Below, one piece after another: positions 28,446 to 63,330 of a stretch of 64,000 bases of DNA. The notes below the pieces were generated by a model. The model was not told the DNA's origin. It saw only the letters and a program-made list of their open reading frames with translations, and did no database searches. The number at the start of each line of letters is the position of its first letter. The stretch's first letter is position 1. The DNA is from Chrysomallon squamiferum. Taxonomy: Eukaryota; Animalia; Mollusca. The stretch is taken from the NCBI GenBank assembly GCA_012295275.1, contig CM022675.1, positions 8,680,001 to 8,744,000 of the forward strand, given 5' to 3'. The position numbers and the translations under genes were made by a program.

Positions 28446-29607
28446 ATCAAGAAATGTATCTAAGTTTTGTATGATTTTTTTTTTAATTTTTAATTTTTTT
28501 TTTTTTTTTCTAATAATAACTGTGGGCATTTGTCTGTGAAAATCATTTTCTGAAAGCATGAGAGAGAGAGAGAGTGTGTAAATCTTTCTATTTGTGATTT
28601 TACTTCCTGTGGAGTTATTTATAGCATTTACTAAGGAGAAAAACAGAAGAGTGAGAAAAAAAAAAAAAGAAAGAAAGAAAAAAATAGGAAGATTAATGTG
28701 TAAAGGAAATGTTTGGAGGGAAAAATTATCAAAAGTTTAGAAACTAAAACTGAAAACTTTTCATGTATAAGCCTGGAAATACGACAGATGTTTTAAAAAG
28801 CCTTTAATTAAAAAAAAAGAAATGTAGAAATAATATCCCCAATCTATATAATTAATAATAATAATAATAATAATAAATAGTATTATAATAATAATAATAG
28901 TAATAATGATGATAGTAGTAGCAGCAGATGTGAATTTATAAAAGAAATTTTGTGATAAATGAAAAAAGATAGTAATGTGCTTCATTACGTTATAATCCTA
29001 TTTTTAGGATATATACTGCATTATAATGATTTTATGATTATTATCAGTTATCATTATTTAATCCAGTTGCATATATTTTTTTTAATTTTTACATGAAGGA
29101 ACAATTAAAATTTCTCTATCTGAACAGGTTGTTAAATAATAATAAAAATGTTTTCTTTCCTTAAATTAAACAAATGAATAGATTTTATTTACTTATCTTG
29201 ATTAGAAACACCTGTATGGATAGGAAAAAAGTAATAAAATTTAAACAAAAGTTTGAAAAAAAATAAAATAAAATAAAAAAAACAATCACATACTATATAT
29301 CTGTGTGTGTGTGCAAAATGATTTCATCTCTTTTTTATTTAAATAAAAGGTAAATAAAAAAGATAGAGATGTATTTATTTTTTTTTTTTTTTTTTTCTCG
29401 TTACCTCTGTATGACAGGTAAAAAAATGGGATGATCACGTAGCATATAAAACGAAGCTACACATCGGGTCATACCTTGCATTCTAACACAAAAAAAAAGA
29501 GGAGGGGTTTTTACCTGTTCAAGGTAAACCAGGTACACATTACGACTTCTTATTGTCAGGTGTTCCTCTCACGTTACAATTCACTGGGTTAATATTGTTT
29601 TCAACAA

Positions 29608-29735
29608 GCCTCTATTGTGACCCCTGCCTATTGTGACATCTCGAAACTGTGACCCCTCTCTATTGTAACATCTCGGAGTTGTGACCTCCCTCCATTGTGA
29701 CATCTCAGAGTTGTGACCTCTCTCTATTGTAAGCT
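29608..29735. repeat. Minisatellite, unit about 32 bp
   Basis: ctattgtgacatctc.gagttgtgacc(c/t)ct repeated about 4 times. Confidence 0.8.
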
Positions 29736-31239
29736 CTTAACTATAGAAGAATGTTGCACAGATATTCACATGTAATTGGATTCATGCTGGGCATTTTTAG
29801 ATTACTAAACTCTGGATTTTTGTACATCGTGTGTTTAGTTGTAATATAATATACATGGTAGATGATGATGTAGAAAGAGAAAGAGAGATAGAGAAGGTGA
29901 AAAGAGAATAAGATGTTGAGAAACAAGAAAACGAAATGAAGAGAGAAATAGCAGCAAGAAAATGAATGAGAGACATAGAGAGAGAGAGATACAGAGAAAT
30001 AGAGTGAGGATACACAGAAAGAGAGAGGAAGGAGAGAATTAGGGACAGAGAGACAGAGAGAAAGGAGGGTGAGAGAAAGAAAGAAAAAACGATACAGCTA
30101 AAAAAAAAAAAAAAGAGAGAAAATTTAAAATATTGAAACAAAACTGAATGAGTGTGAAATGAAGGAAAAAAAAAATGGAAAAAAGTCAAAAAGAAAACAC
30201 TGAGAAAAAAACAGAAAGAAGGGGATAGAGAGACAGAGAAACAAATATACAGAGGGAAATAAAGACACAAAAAGAGAGAAAGAGTGAGTTATATTATGAG
30301 ACAGAAGGATGGAGAGAAAGAGAAAGGGAGAAATAAAGTTCAAGCCTTGTAATTTTATCTTGTTGCAGAAAGAGTGAGAGAAAGAAACGGGGAAAAATAC
30401 AGAAGAATAAAGTATGAGTGTCAGAAAGTTTGCAAAGAGAATAATAATGACGGTATTGTGCTTCCAACATGAAGTTAACATTCTTGAGTTTTGAAAATAA
30501 AAAAAACTGCTTAAATTCTTCACAGTGCTAAGATAACATTTCAAAACTAACAAAAACAAAAAAAATATTAAATTTAAAAAATGTTTAAAAACAAAAGATA
30601 AAGAAAAAGCTGAAGTAAATGTTCCCAGAAATCTGTTAAAACATTTTCAAAACTTTCTGATTCTTGTAAAACTTCATGGAAATAAATAAATAAATTTTTT
30701 TTTTTTTTTTTTTTCTTATTCACATTCAAGAGTCTTCAAACAACTATTTTTAGTTCAGTAGTTGTTTTAATTTTTTCTTCTTTTTCATTTTGTTTTGTTA
30801 TTGTTTTTTTTATGCTAAGGAAGAAGGGCTTATGGAAGCTTGTTTCTGTTTGTTTATTTTTAAAATATATTTTGCACTGAAGAAAACTAATTTCATAGTG
30901 AAATATTTTTAGAGAACATAATATGATGAATAATTTCACAGACAGAGTTCGAAAACTTAATATTTCCCATTTACCTGCTCATTGATAATAATTCATGTCT
31001 CAAAAGTCTTTGTCATTTGTTTTTCCTTTCTATGAGAGTGTCCACATTAAACATTACTTGCTGCTAGTTAGTGAGAATAACCATTCAAATGGTGGCAATG
31101 GTTTTTGTTTCTCATAATACAATGCATCAACTATCAATATAACAGATATATGAGGTTCTGTTTAACAGATATTTATGTATATGTATATATATATATTAAA
31201 TGTTTAAATATTTTTATTAAATTTTGTTAATTTTTTCAG

Positions 31240-50406
<19,167 letters not shown>

Positions 50407-50419
50407 TTTTTTTTAAAAA

Positions 50420-50645
50420 AACAAGGATGTATGATACGCTTATCGCTGGAATTCGTTGGTGTTTTTTTTTTTTGGTGTTTTTGTTTTATGTTATGGATGA
50501 TTCGCTTATTACTGGAATTCGTGATTTTTTTTGGTATTATGTTATGGATGATACGCTTATCACTGGAATTCGTGATTTTTTTTTGTATTATGTTATGGAT
50601 GATACGCTTATCACTGGAATTCATGTTTTTTGTTTGTTTTTAATG
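50420..50645. repeat. Tandem repeat, about 52-66 bp x4, immediately after the Gli stop codon
   Basis: tatgttatggatgatacgcttatcactggaattcgtgattttt. Confidence 0.92.
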
Positions 50646-51536
50646 TTTTATATGTGAGGATATTTGTTGTTCAGTTTTTGTTTTTGTTTTTTTTTTTTTT
50701 AGCTAATGTCTTGATCGTGATTCCACATTGATGACGATAAGGATTAATACTGTGTGTTTGAAGCTGTGGCTTTGTGTGCATCTCTCTTTTGTAGTTCTGT
50801 ATGTTTGGGTGGATGTATGCCTGTTTTATATTCGTTTTGTGTGTGTGTGTGCGCGCGACTGTGTTTTATATGCGTTTGGGCGTATGTGTGTGCGTGTGCT
50901 CGGGTCATTGGAAACAGATCTGTAACATAAACTGAATGACGTCATTTTTTGTATCTGTATGACAATGTTTTACTTTGTAGTTTGTGTGTATGACAATGTT
51001 TTACTTTGTGTCCAGATGTTGTATTTTCAAGATATAACCGTGTATTTTTGTACGTAGGAAGTACAGTGTTATACATTTCACATAACTGACGAAAAAGTGC
51101 TACGTTTTTTTTTTTAGTGTGTCACGAACGACTGTTTGAAAACTAATGTTTTACAACTTGTCACTCTCTAGATTCACCGTTGTTGTGTTGTATACGCATG
51201 TTTTCATTTTTCATAAACATTTCACGAAGAAAGTGGATTTTAAAAATTAATTCCTGAACTATGAAAGACATTTTCTTGTTACTATTAATCATTATATAGT
51301 TGTTGATACTTTTTTTTTTTTTAACATTTTCATAGAAGAGTTAGTCCCCTTTTACTATGAAATATTTGTAACTTTATTTTCAGAGTTATTATAGTTTGTA
51401 CATTTGAGAGTTTAAACTTTCATGTAAAAAAAAAATATATATATATATATTTTAGTTGATTCGTATAATCTCATATTTCTTTTACTAGAATTTTTATTAC
51501 TGTTATTTTATATTTTATTTTTATTATTATTTTACA

Positions 51537-51603
<67 letters not shown>

Positions 51604-53316
51604 CAAAGTTTTATTTATAATTATACCCTGAGATCAAAACTAAACAAATTTTAACTTTTGCAGTTGTTATATAACGTTTACAGAACAAAAACTGAAAATA
51701 AATAAATAAATGAATGATATGTCTCAATGATTATATAATTCCAGTTATAAACTTATTTTACTAGTTTGTGACGAATTTCTCATCACGTCAGTCATTAGAA
51801 ATCCACAAATGTTTAAAGTTTACGATCATCATCATCATCATTGAATTCATTATTAATAATTAAATTAAATGCGTGAAATCATGTAGCCTCAAAAAGGCCT
51901 CTGATTATTTAACCATTGTTTAGAAATCCAGATTTGGAAAGAGAAACCGTCATCAAAATCATTAAAATTTTTTAATAAATACTTCAAATATACATTGGTG
52001 TAGCCTCAAAAAGGCCTCTCATTTTGGTGCTGTAGGTTAGGATATGATTTGTATATCTAGTTGGAGTAATTTTGACAAGTGATCATCGGAAATATGTTCA
52101 AGTATCCGTGTCGTGTACATTACTTAACTTTAGGAAATGTAATACCATGTAGAATTTGGAACTTCGTTTTTAACAATTTTAAAACTGAAATTCAGAGTTT
52201 AAAATTTTACAGTCTGGTTTATAATGACAACGAAATCTTGATAAATTTTTGCAAACCTTGAAAATGTTTTTCTTTTAAAAAAAAAAAAAACTAGTTACGT
52301 TTTTCAGTGGGACCAGAAATGAAATTACAGACGAAAGAACAATATCAAGGGAGATAATACATCAACTGTTATTTATTCCTTTTCAAACGAGAGTTATTGC
52401 CCTTACATTTCATCTTTCATAATTTTCAATTCGGTGCTATTTTTTAAAATTCGCATAATATTTTTTAGAGATTATTGTTATCAAATACAGATTCTTAAAA
52501 GCTTTTATTTTGTTTATGAAATGCAGAAACCACATAAAGGTACAGCCTGAAATGTTATGAATTGACATGTTCATATAAATTTTATATGTTTTAACATTAT
52601 TTGTTTATTTTGGTTAAAACTAATTTCATACTGTAACTTTATTCAGTCACTTAAAAATAAAAAATAATCAAAAATAAAATTTAAATAATAAATTTTAATA
52701 GTATCCAAATTTCAGTTTCGAGAAAATCTGGGAAAATTAAGAAAATCAAGTCACCTGTATTTAAAATTTATCTTATTTGTTCTATTTTCAAAGTCAACAT
52801 TTATATTCATTGCATTTAAATATTTTTGTTTTTAAAGTTTCTATCTAAATTTCAAAAGCATAATATTTTTCTTATGTTTCACCAAGACGTTTATCTTGGC
52901 ATTTAATTTTATTATTTAAAAATGTATTGAATATTATTTTTATTTTAAAAGGATGAACTATTTCATTCTAATTATGTATTTTGGATTTTAAGATACTCAG
53001 TCCTTACAGGTTTTTAGCATAACTCAGTCTGTAGAGATAATTTGATCAAATCACTATTTTAGATATCGTTTGAGAAATATTAAGCATAATATTTTAAAAG
53101 TTTAGGCAGATTTTGTTAATAAAATGAATAGAAACTGTATTATATTTAATATGTAAAGAAAGTTTATTATAATGTAAATAACGAGTCATCATATTTTTAA
53201 ATACTTTATTTTTGTTTATTGAACAAAGTGCCACAAAATATTACATTTTATTTTATTTTTTTTTTTTTTTTTTTATTTTAACTTTTTTATTTTTATTTTT
53301 ATTTTTTAATTTGAAC

Positions 53317-53360
<44 letters not shown>

Positions 53361-53599
53361 AATCTGATATAGTATTTCCATCCATTTTTAAAAACATACC
53401 AGATCACATTTCATTTTATCACCTCATAAATGAGTGAGTCTAGACAACATTTGGATGTTGATATATTTTTGAATGACTAAAGCTTCTTTGGTGCAAATTT
53501 GTATAATTATGTTTTTGTTTTGCATGAAGTAAAAACTAAATATATTTTTAAATTACGAATTTTCAGTTCTTTGTGGTAAATAAGATTTGATTTCTTCTT

Positions 53600-53708
<109 letters not shown>

Positions 53709-53727
53709 TATTATTTAAATATTTATT

Positions 53728-53778
<51 letters not shown>

Positions 53779-54243
53779 TAATTCTCTGTTAAAAAAAAAA
53801 ATCTTTATAATCACATTTTATTATTCTTGTAGGACAAAAAAACAACAAAAATACTTGAACATAATCTTTTTTATGAGTTATTTCCCTTTACTTTCTCTCT
53901 TTGTATTACTAAAAAAAAGACCCACTATTTTATCACAAAGAACTGTTCTGATTGGTTTAGAGTTTTGTTTACCCATAATGCATTTATTACTCTGTTGTTT
54001 GTTAAGAAATTTGTATGAATAGTGATATATTTAGTTACAGTTACCAGAGAACATGGTTCACTAAAAGTGAATTTTTGAGAAAAAAACAAAACGAATTTGT
54101 GCTAATTTTGTATTGTCAGTTAAAAGATCTGTTATTACAGATCACGATATATGAATATAAATACATATATATTATAAATATATATATAAAAACAATTATT
54201 ATAGTAGACTGAGAGAAACGAAAGAAAAAATTTATAAGCTGTA

Positions 54244-54290
54244 AATAAACCAGCTTTTTGATTTGTGTTGCTTGGTTTGTTATTTTCTTA
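54244..54290 (+). terminator. Candidate polyadenylation signal of Gli (would imply a 3'UTR of about 3.85 kb)
   Basis: TGTA immediately before AATAAA, followed by a GT/T-rich downstream element (tttgtgttgcttggtttgtt). AATAAA is common in this AT-rich DNA, so the call is tentative. Confidence 0.3.
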
Positions 54291-54307
54291 CAGTTACATT
54301 ACTTGTG

Positions 54308-54367
<60 letters not shown>

Positions 54368-54505
54368 GTCTTCATATCTCGTAGTTTTTAGAACCTTTGT
54401 GATATCAGCTTCATTTTCTCTATCTTTCTCTCCCTCTCTCTCTCCCTCCCTATCTTTTCTCTCTCCCTCTCTCTCTCCCTCTCTCTCTTCATCTATATAT
54501 GTGTG

Positions 54506-54588
<83 letters not shown>

Positions 54589-55769
54589 CACTCAAACACA
54601 CGAAATAAAAACAACGATAAAACAGAACTCTAATGTTTAAAAGTAGCATAATCAAATTCTTTAATAATTTAAAACTTCGTATTAAAACTTAATAAAGCCA
54701 GATTTGTCTTCTGACTACCAAATCGGTGGGGTTTTTTTTTTTTTTGGTTTTTTTTCTTTCAAATAATTAATTTTCATTACAGCTGTCAGTTTTACGGTCC
54801 TGATGATTCAAATCCGCCACATTCTACTATTAATTTTCTCGCTTTCTTAACTCCATTAGTAAACCAAACAGTCACTTCTTAGCAGCGTAGATATCGTTGT
54901 CACGTGACCATCAAATAAATTCTTCCCGTTTATGTCATCGGTCTCTTATAAAGGTAAGAAAATGTTCGAGTCCTAATGAAATTCTCAGCTACTGTGTATA
55001 ATATAAACTCATACTTCATTATTAATGCGTATATTTGAAAAGAGTGTATTTTATATCGTTGTGTGCCTCAATAGCGAAAAATGTCTCTTTTTTTTAAATT
55101 AGTTTTGTTGACATCAGGGGAAACAATATGTACCTGGCCCCCTCGACATGAACAAGAAATAAAAAAAGAGAAATTATATTTGACAAATTATGAAATTTAA
55201 GATATATTGTTATAATTATAAAATATATTTCGAAAATATCAAGGATATTTTATATGTGCATATGCAGTTATTACACACGCAAACATACATACCGATATAT
55301 TCACAGGCATATCATATTGTTTTAATAACAACAACAACATGAAATATATAAATAAATAAATAAATAAATAAATAGTAATTAAAAATAACAAAGTAATAAT
55401 AAGAAGAAAGTAATAGCAACATCAACAGTAATAATTATAAATAATAATAATTAGTAATTAATAACAGTGTATAGATAACAAATAGCATAAACAACAACAA
55501 CAACAACAATAATAATATAGTAAAACCTAGATATCAACAAACTGCACGTGAACGATTGAATTGTTTACAGGATTTCAGGTCACTAGAGGAAGAAAAAAAT
55601 AATATTTTAAGGTGTGGAATAAGAAGAACAGAAATAAAAAGAAAAAAAAGTTTTTTTTTTAGTTTTTTTTGTTTTTTGTTTTAACTTTACAGTATTGGAT
55701 ATTTGTATCCAGAGTTTTGTTAGTTTTTCTTTAGCCCGAAAACGAAGGAATTTAACAAGAACGATACAA

Positions 55770-56060
55770 TTTTAACCGTGTCCAATGAAAAGTGAACCGA
55801 TTGTTGATTGGTAAACGACGTTATAAGTGTGTCCAGCCAATCAAAATAAACATAACAAAATTCTGGACTGGAATCTTGCACATATTACGCATCGATTGTC
55901 TTCGTTTTGCAAGGTTGTTGCGCCGGCGACTGTTAACCAGTGTACATAACGGGAGCAGTCTAAACAACGGAACGATTGCGTCTGCAAATACTAAATTGGC
56001 GTTTACGAAATTCAGAGCATCCTCGTTGTTAAAATTATAGCGTCGACGAAATCGGATTAA
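55770..56060. promoter_or_regulatory. CpG-richer island with clustered CCAAT boxes (candidate promoter or enhancer)
   Basis: CCAAT/ATTGG at about 55782, 55808, 55837 and 55995, with CpG retention. Confidence 0.35.
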
Positions 56061-56247
56061 TTTATTTTTTTTTTTTTTTCTTCTTCCTTTCTTTTTCTTC
56101 TTTTTCTTTTTCTTTTTTAATGATAGAGCAATGTCTGTCACTGTGTGTATGTGTTTGTTTTTGTTTGTGTGTGTGTGTGTGACGTATATATATATATATA
56201 TATATACGTACGTACCTATAACTATATATATGTATTATGCATGTTTG

Positions 56248-56295
<48 letters not shown>

Positions 56296-56628
56296 CATAT
56301 ATATACAAACATGCATAATACATATATAGACTTATACATACATATTTTATACAAACATACGTACTAGTATTATAATTAATAATGGAGCTACTACTACTAC
56401 TACTACGAAATACGGCTACTAGACCTGCAATTGCTTCTACTACTACTACTACTATTACTATTACTACTACTATTATAACTACTACTACTAATGCTATTAT
56501 TATTATTACACCTACTAATACTACCACTACTACTACTACTACTATTACTACTTCTATTATAACTACTACTACTAATGCTATTATTATTATTACACCTACT
56601 AATACTACCACTACAACTACTACTACTA

Positions 56629-56680
<52 letters not shown>

Positions 56681-58939
56681 GACACAGCATAAATAAACAT
56701 TTTTCAAAAACGATAATTATTATATTCCTATAACTAATAATCCCAAGAATAAGAAAACAATTACTTACCATGCTACTCATTGTCTCGTATTCCAATTATT
56801 ACAAACCACAATAGCAGCGAAATTAACACAAATAACAGTAAATATCTACTCATTTAATACCTCTGTTTAATTTCACTGTCAGTGTTGGATATTGTGGTTA
56901 TTATAGACGCTGAATAAATACGTTACTGATTTCTACAATGTGTAATAAAATAACTGGTCTTCCTATTATAAATATTGACAGATGGGTTAATATTAATGTT
57001 TTGTAATGAAGGTAAAAGAGACAGAGAGAGAGAAAAAAAATATATATATTTGAAAATTTCACCAGCCTGTTCTTCAGTGATTTAATGTTTATTGAGTTAG
57101 TGTGGGTGTACTTGATTGTGTGTGTGTGTGTGTGTCTGTGTGTCTGTGTATATCTGTTTGTGAGTCTGTGTGTGTGTGTGGGTGGGTGGGTGGGTGTTTT
57201 GGTTGTCCGTGCTTCAGCCTTTCCATATATGTGTGTTTGTGCGTGTGCGTTTTAATGCAAAAAAAACAGATTGTTTATTTGCTTGTTTCCATAATTTACT
57301 TTTTTTTTTTCTTTATTACGTATACTCTTTATTATAATATAAATTTAAATCATTTTTAATTTTAATACATTATTATTATTAGTAGTAGTAGTAGTAGTAT
57401 TAATATTATTATTATTATTATTATTTATGTAATAAACAATCTTCAAATTATTAAGGATTTTCTTCAGTATATTTTTTCTTTCTTTTATTTAATAGATTTA
57501 AATCATTCTTATTTTAATTTATTTTATATTAGTTTTCATTTTAAATTCACAGGTGTGAATATTTCCATCGTTTTCTGTTTTTAGGTTTAGTCTTCTCATA
57601 TTCTTTCTTTCTGTTTCGTAACTTTCTTTAATTAAAAATGATCGTATAAAGTTACCTTTATCTTTTTTCTTTTTTTTTCATTCGTTCGTTTTTAAGAATC
57701 TCATTCTTTCTTTCATTTTACAGCAAATTATTCCTTCCTTTTCTTACTTTCTCTTCATTCATTCACATATTATTTCATTCATTCTTCATTCGTCATTCAA
57801 ATCATTTATTTCTTTTAATTAACCTCTTCATTCATTCATTCTTTATTTCTTTCAGTCATTTGTTTCACTTTTAATTTTTTCTTTCTTTTTTTTATTCGTT
57901 CCTTCTTTTCGGTTATTCGTTCTTTCCTTTCTTTTGTTTTTTTTCTTTTTTTTTTCTTTTTCGTTTTTTTATTATTTGTCCCTTTACTTTTTTCTATTAT
58001 CCATTCACTCGCTTTTTATCTCTTTTTTTTTTTCTTTCTTTCTTTCTTTACTCATTCGTTCTCTCTTTCCGCTTCAAAATCAACACTGTTTACAACACGG
58101 TTTCGAAATCCTTGTGACCAAATAAGATGACTGAAAATTTGTTTGCAATTTCTCTGTTGATTCTGCCGACTCGGTTGCTTTGTAGATAAAAGGAAATATC
58201 CAGATTAAAAGATTCTTTGAAATGTTCATTTCACCCAAACAAATCTGTTAAACGAACGAAGGCGCTTGAAACCAAAAAACGTGGCAACGAGGCAGCGAAT
58301 TTGTTCTGATATAAATGACGCTATTCTGAATAAGGTCAATTTGTTCTTTCTTTTCTTTCTTTTTATTCTTCTTCTTGTTTCTTTTTTTCTTTTCTTTTTT
58401 GTTCTGTTGTTTTTATTTATGGCGCAAATACATTAGCTCTAAATTTCTTTACTTTCTTTTTTTTTTGTTTTTTTTTGTTTACTTCTCCAAAACAATCGTT
58501 ATTTTCTTTCATTCACTTGGATAATAACAGTGTGTATGTGTATGTGTGCGCGTGTGTGTATTGTGTGTGTACGTGTGTGTGTTCATTTAAAGGCTCAACT
58601 TTTTATATTCGTATAAAATGGTGGTATCGCCCTTTGCTAATACTTGACTGCAGTAACGATCATATAAACAATATTATTCATCTTCTGAATACATTTAACA
58701 GCCGTTTAAATAATAATAATAAGAAGAAGAAGAAGAAGAAGATATATTATATAATAACGTGCGCAGAAATTTTTTGTAACATCCTTCCCGAAACAGATTT
58801 ACTTTCGGGACGGACTGGATCATAATGAGCGTAATAAACATGAAAAATTGGCCAAGAATATCTCTTGTTTCTTTTTTTTCTAAATCCAGCAGCTTCACCT
58901 TAATGTGTAGACAAGAAGCGTTTCATAATTATATCTCGA

Positions 58940-59140
58940 TTAACACAAGCTTTCAGTTTAACTGTTCACAGCAAAACCTTCAATTGTCGTTCCGCGGTTT
59001 CCAGGTGCTGCGGCCATCTTGTTTACCAGAACGAGGCGTAGACCGCGCGCGCCTGACACAGCGCTATCTATCGCCAGCCTCGTCTGCAATCTCGTCTGAA
59101 ACGCGTCACTGAAACTACTAGATCAGCAAAGCTTTCTCGC
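58940..59140. promoter_or_regulatory. GC/CpG-rich island with YY1-like site
   Basis: GCGGCCATCTTG at 59010..59021, adjacent CAGGTG, and a CGCGCGCG run. Confidence 0.35.
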
Positions 59141-59487
59141 AGTTAAAAACTTATAATTTATTTTTGTAATTTGAATCGCTTGATTAATCAATTAATTAAT
59201 TAATATTCTTCTTGTGCCTCTTTTAGTCCCATCGTCATCACCGTCATCGTTATTAATAACGTTATCTTCTGCTTCTGCTTTTTTTTTTCTTTTCGTCATA
59301 TCGATTATCGTCGATATCATCATTATCGTTTTTATTATTATTATCATCATATTAATATTTTTCTTCTAGTACTGCTACTATTATCACAGTTAATTTTATC
59401 ATTATGTCCACCACATCATCTTCTTGTATGTTTTTTTCATCTGAATAATTATCATCTTTTCCTTCCTTCCTTCCTTCCTTCATTCAT

Positions 59488-59521
<34 letters not shown>

Positions 59522-59647
59522 TGTTATTGTTACAGTTGTTGTTGTTGTTATTCCAGCTGCTGTTATTGTTTTCATCATTTCAATTATTACTGAATTTAAT
59601 TTAATTTATTTTAATCGTTATAAACTGCAAAAGAATAATAATAATAA

Positions 59648-59686
<39 letters not shown>

Positions 59687-59694
59687 ATGAACAA

Positions 59695-59777
<83 letters not shown>

Positions 59778-59800
59778 ATGAATAATAATAATAATAATAA

Positions 59801-59874
<74 letters not shown>

Positions 59875-60299
59875 CATCCATAACAGCCATACTTGATCAA
59901 TTCATTCGTTAAAAAAAAACAAAAAAAAATTCCTAATTCAAAACCAACACGTGGACATTTCTTCATAACATCAATCGATCGCGTCTCTGAACCCCTACCC
60001 TGCTAAACCTTGCTCTGCCCCTGAAAGGTATTATAAATGGATAACCCTTGTTTTGGCGTCATTTCTCAACACACGAAGAATGTTAATGCTGTAATATTCA
60101 CTTCTTCCCGCCCCTAGAGTATCTGCCGCGGTGTGAAAATAACACGGGTAATGCATAGTTGATGATATTTTCATATGTATTATCATTCCAGTGATAAGCA
60201 TTATCAAGTCTTGTGTTTGTCTACAACAAATACATTCTGTATTAAACGCTTTACTCAAAGCGACTTCCATTAATACCCAGCGATTTATTACATCTGTCT

Positions 60300-60830
<531 letters not shown>

Positions 60831-60977
60831 TGTGCAGTTGCGCTGGAGGACAAAGTCCAGGCACAATCAAACACAATTCTGAATGCACTGACGAGACTCT
60901 GAAGTATGTGATACCTTAGCAAGACCATACAGCTCTAGCCTCACACCCAGACACACTGTTTTATGTATTATTATATA

Positions 60978-61191
60978 CAGGGTGGCCCAAAAGTAGGTTG
61001 ACAGTTATTACGTAGGCAGTTTATTTTAAAACATGAGCGTGTTTCAAGCATTAAACAGAAACTGTTTAATCTCTCAGGTGCTCAGTATGTCCTCCTTCAA
61101 CATTGTGTTTTATGTTAATTGTACTTAGCAAGTAACTTCAAGCATATAAACGATAGTTTAATAACTGTAAACCTACTTTTGGGCCACCCTG
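60978..61191 (-). mobile_element. Tc1/mariner-type non-autonomous element (MITE or internal deletion derivative), 214 bp
   Basis: 33-bp TIRs CAGGGTGGCCCAAAAGTAGGTT(G/T)ACAGTTATTA at 60978..61010 and 61159..61191 with one mismatch. TA lies on the left flank. The minus strand 61066..61107 encodes HNVEGGHTEHLRD*, resembling a transposase C-terminus. Confidence 0.88.
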
Positions 61192-61271
<80 letters not shown>

Positions 61272-61520
61272 CACAAACGCACACACACGCACACACACAC
61301 ATATAGTGTTATATATATATATTTTAAATTAAAAATAAAATTGTTTTGTAATTATCTCTACATATCGATGACGTTAGTCTTTGCTATTTATTTATTTATT
61401 TATTTTTTATTTTTATAATTTTTTTTTTTCTGTCAGAGAAGTTTATTTTTAAACTAGTTTACACGGAGGTATGTCTCTCTCTCTCTGTGTCTGATAAAAA
61501 AAAAAAAAAAATGTTCATCG

Positions 61521-61565
<45 letters not shown>

Positions 61566-61997
61566 CTTTTTTCTGACAGTCTGTAATTTCTACGACGCAT
61601 TTTTCTCTTCTTTTTAATATCGGTCTGTGTGTGACTCGGTGAAAGTTATTTTGTTTGACGACATCTTTGCGTCTGTGTGTCTGCATGTCTGTCAGCTTAC
61701 TCGTTTGTTTTTTTGTTGTTGTTGGTTGTTTTTTTTTGTCAGTAATTATCTTTTTTTCTTACACTCTCTGTTATTTTCTCCCTATCTTTATCTTTCTTTC
61801 TATCAGTCTGTTTCTGTTTTTCTGTCTCTTTCTTTCTCTCTATCACTTAGTCTTTCTTTTATTTCTACTTATTTCTCTCTCTATCTATCTGTCTCTCTAT
61901 CTCTACCTATCTCTCTCTTACTATTTCTCTGTCTCTCTCTCTCTGTATCTTTCTCTTTCTCTCTCTTTCTCTCTTACTCTCTCTTACTGTCTATCTC

Positions 61998-62041
<44 letters not shown>

Positions 62042-62082
62042 CTCTCTCTCTCTCTTACTCTCTCTTACTGTCTATCTCTCTT

Positions 62083-62177
<95 letters not shown>

Positions 62178-62237
62178 TCTGTATCTCTCTCTTTCTCTCT
62201 CTTTATCTCTTACTCTCTCTTACTGTCTCTCTCTCTC

Positions 62238-62320
<83 letters not shown>

Positions 62321-62598
62321 ATGACACACCCACTCTATTCCTTTTTTTAAACACAGAACGAAAAATTATAAACAAATAACCAACACACACACACACCGCA
62401 CAATTATTTCGAAATTAATTCTTAAATTTTTTATCCGGTATCCAGCCCTTTCCATTCAGTAAAGAAAACCTTATACGTATTAATATTTCGTCAGTGCAGT
62501 TAAGTTAGACTAACAAATGTCACACTCATACACACACACACAAAACCCCCCTCAAAAAACCAACAAAAAAGAAAACCTTCTCAATAAACGAAACTAAA

Positions 62599-62640
<42 letters not shown>

Positions 62641-62814
62641 GAAAAATCATCATACTAAAATATACATTAACAGATTAACAGTTATGAATACAACGATAGA
62701 AAAAAAAAACGAAAGAAAATATAATAACAATACACAGAAAAAAAAAAAAAAAAAAAAAATCTTTTTTTATTTTATTTATTCAGGTATGACGAACGTTTTT
62801 CATTTCATTAATAT

Positions 62815-63330
62815 AATATTTTCCGCGCCATTGTTCCCATCACGTCAGACAGAACGTCACAAAGAAACCTCAGCGCGTGCTCCGCAGTTTTACCGCCAAA
62901 AGTATACTGGATTAAAAAAAAAAAAAAAAAAAAAAAGATTACACATTTGCAGCAGATAATTTTGTTTAGAATATCGTATTAGGTACATGGATGCAAACAG
63001 CTTTATGAATCGCGTTTTCAGACAAGATGCAATATTGTTTTGTCGTCTTCGTAAACTTTTCAATTATCAACAACAAAACCGCGCGCCGCGCTCCACGTTT
63101 GGCGCGAAAAGTTCCTTTATCGCTGGCCGGAAGTGGTTCGGCTCTTTCAGACGAGAGTTATTGTGGAGGTTGTAATTATTAATCCGAGCCGATTTTTAAG
63201 TAAATTACGATAATATTTCTTACAGTTGGCGACAAAGGTTTCATCCAGATTAAAGAGTACGCTAGAAAATTAGGAAATAAATTCGAGTTCGTAGTCGTGT
63301 GAAGGTGGTCGTTTTTGTGGCGCGTTTAAC
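62815..63330 (+). promoter_or_regulatory. Probable promoter of a downstream cell-cycle or housekeeping gene
   Basis: E2F-type TTTGGCGCGAAA at 63098..63109 and TTTTCCGCGCCA at 62819, ETS/GABP CCGGAAGTG at 63127..63135, CpG-rich. Confidence 0.5.
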
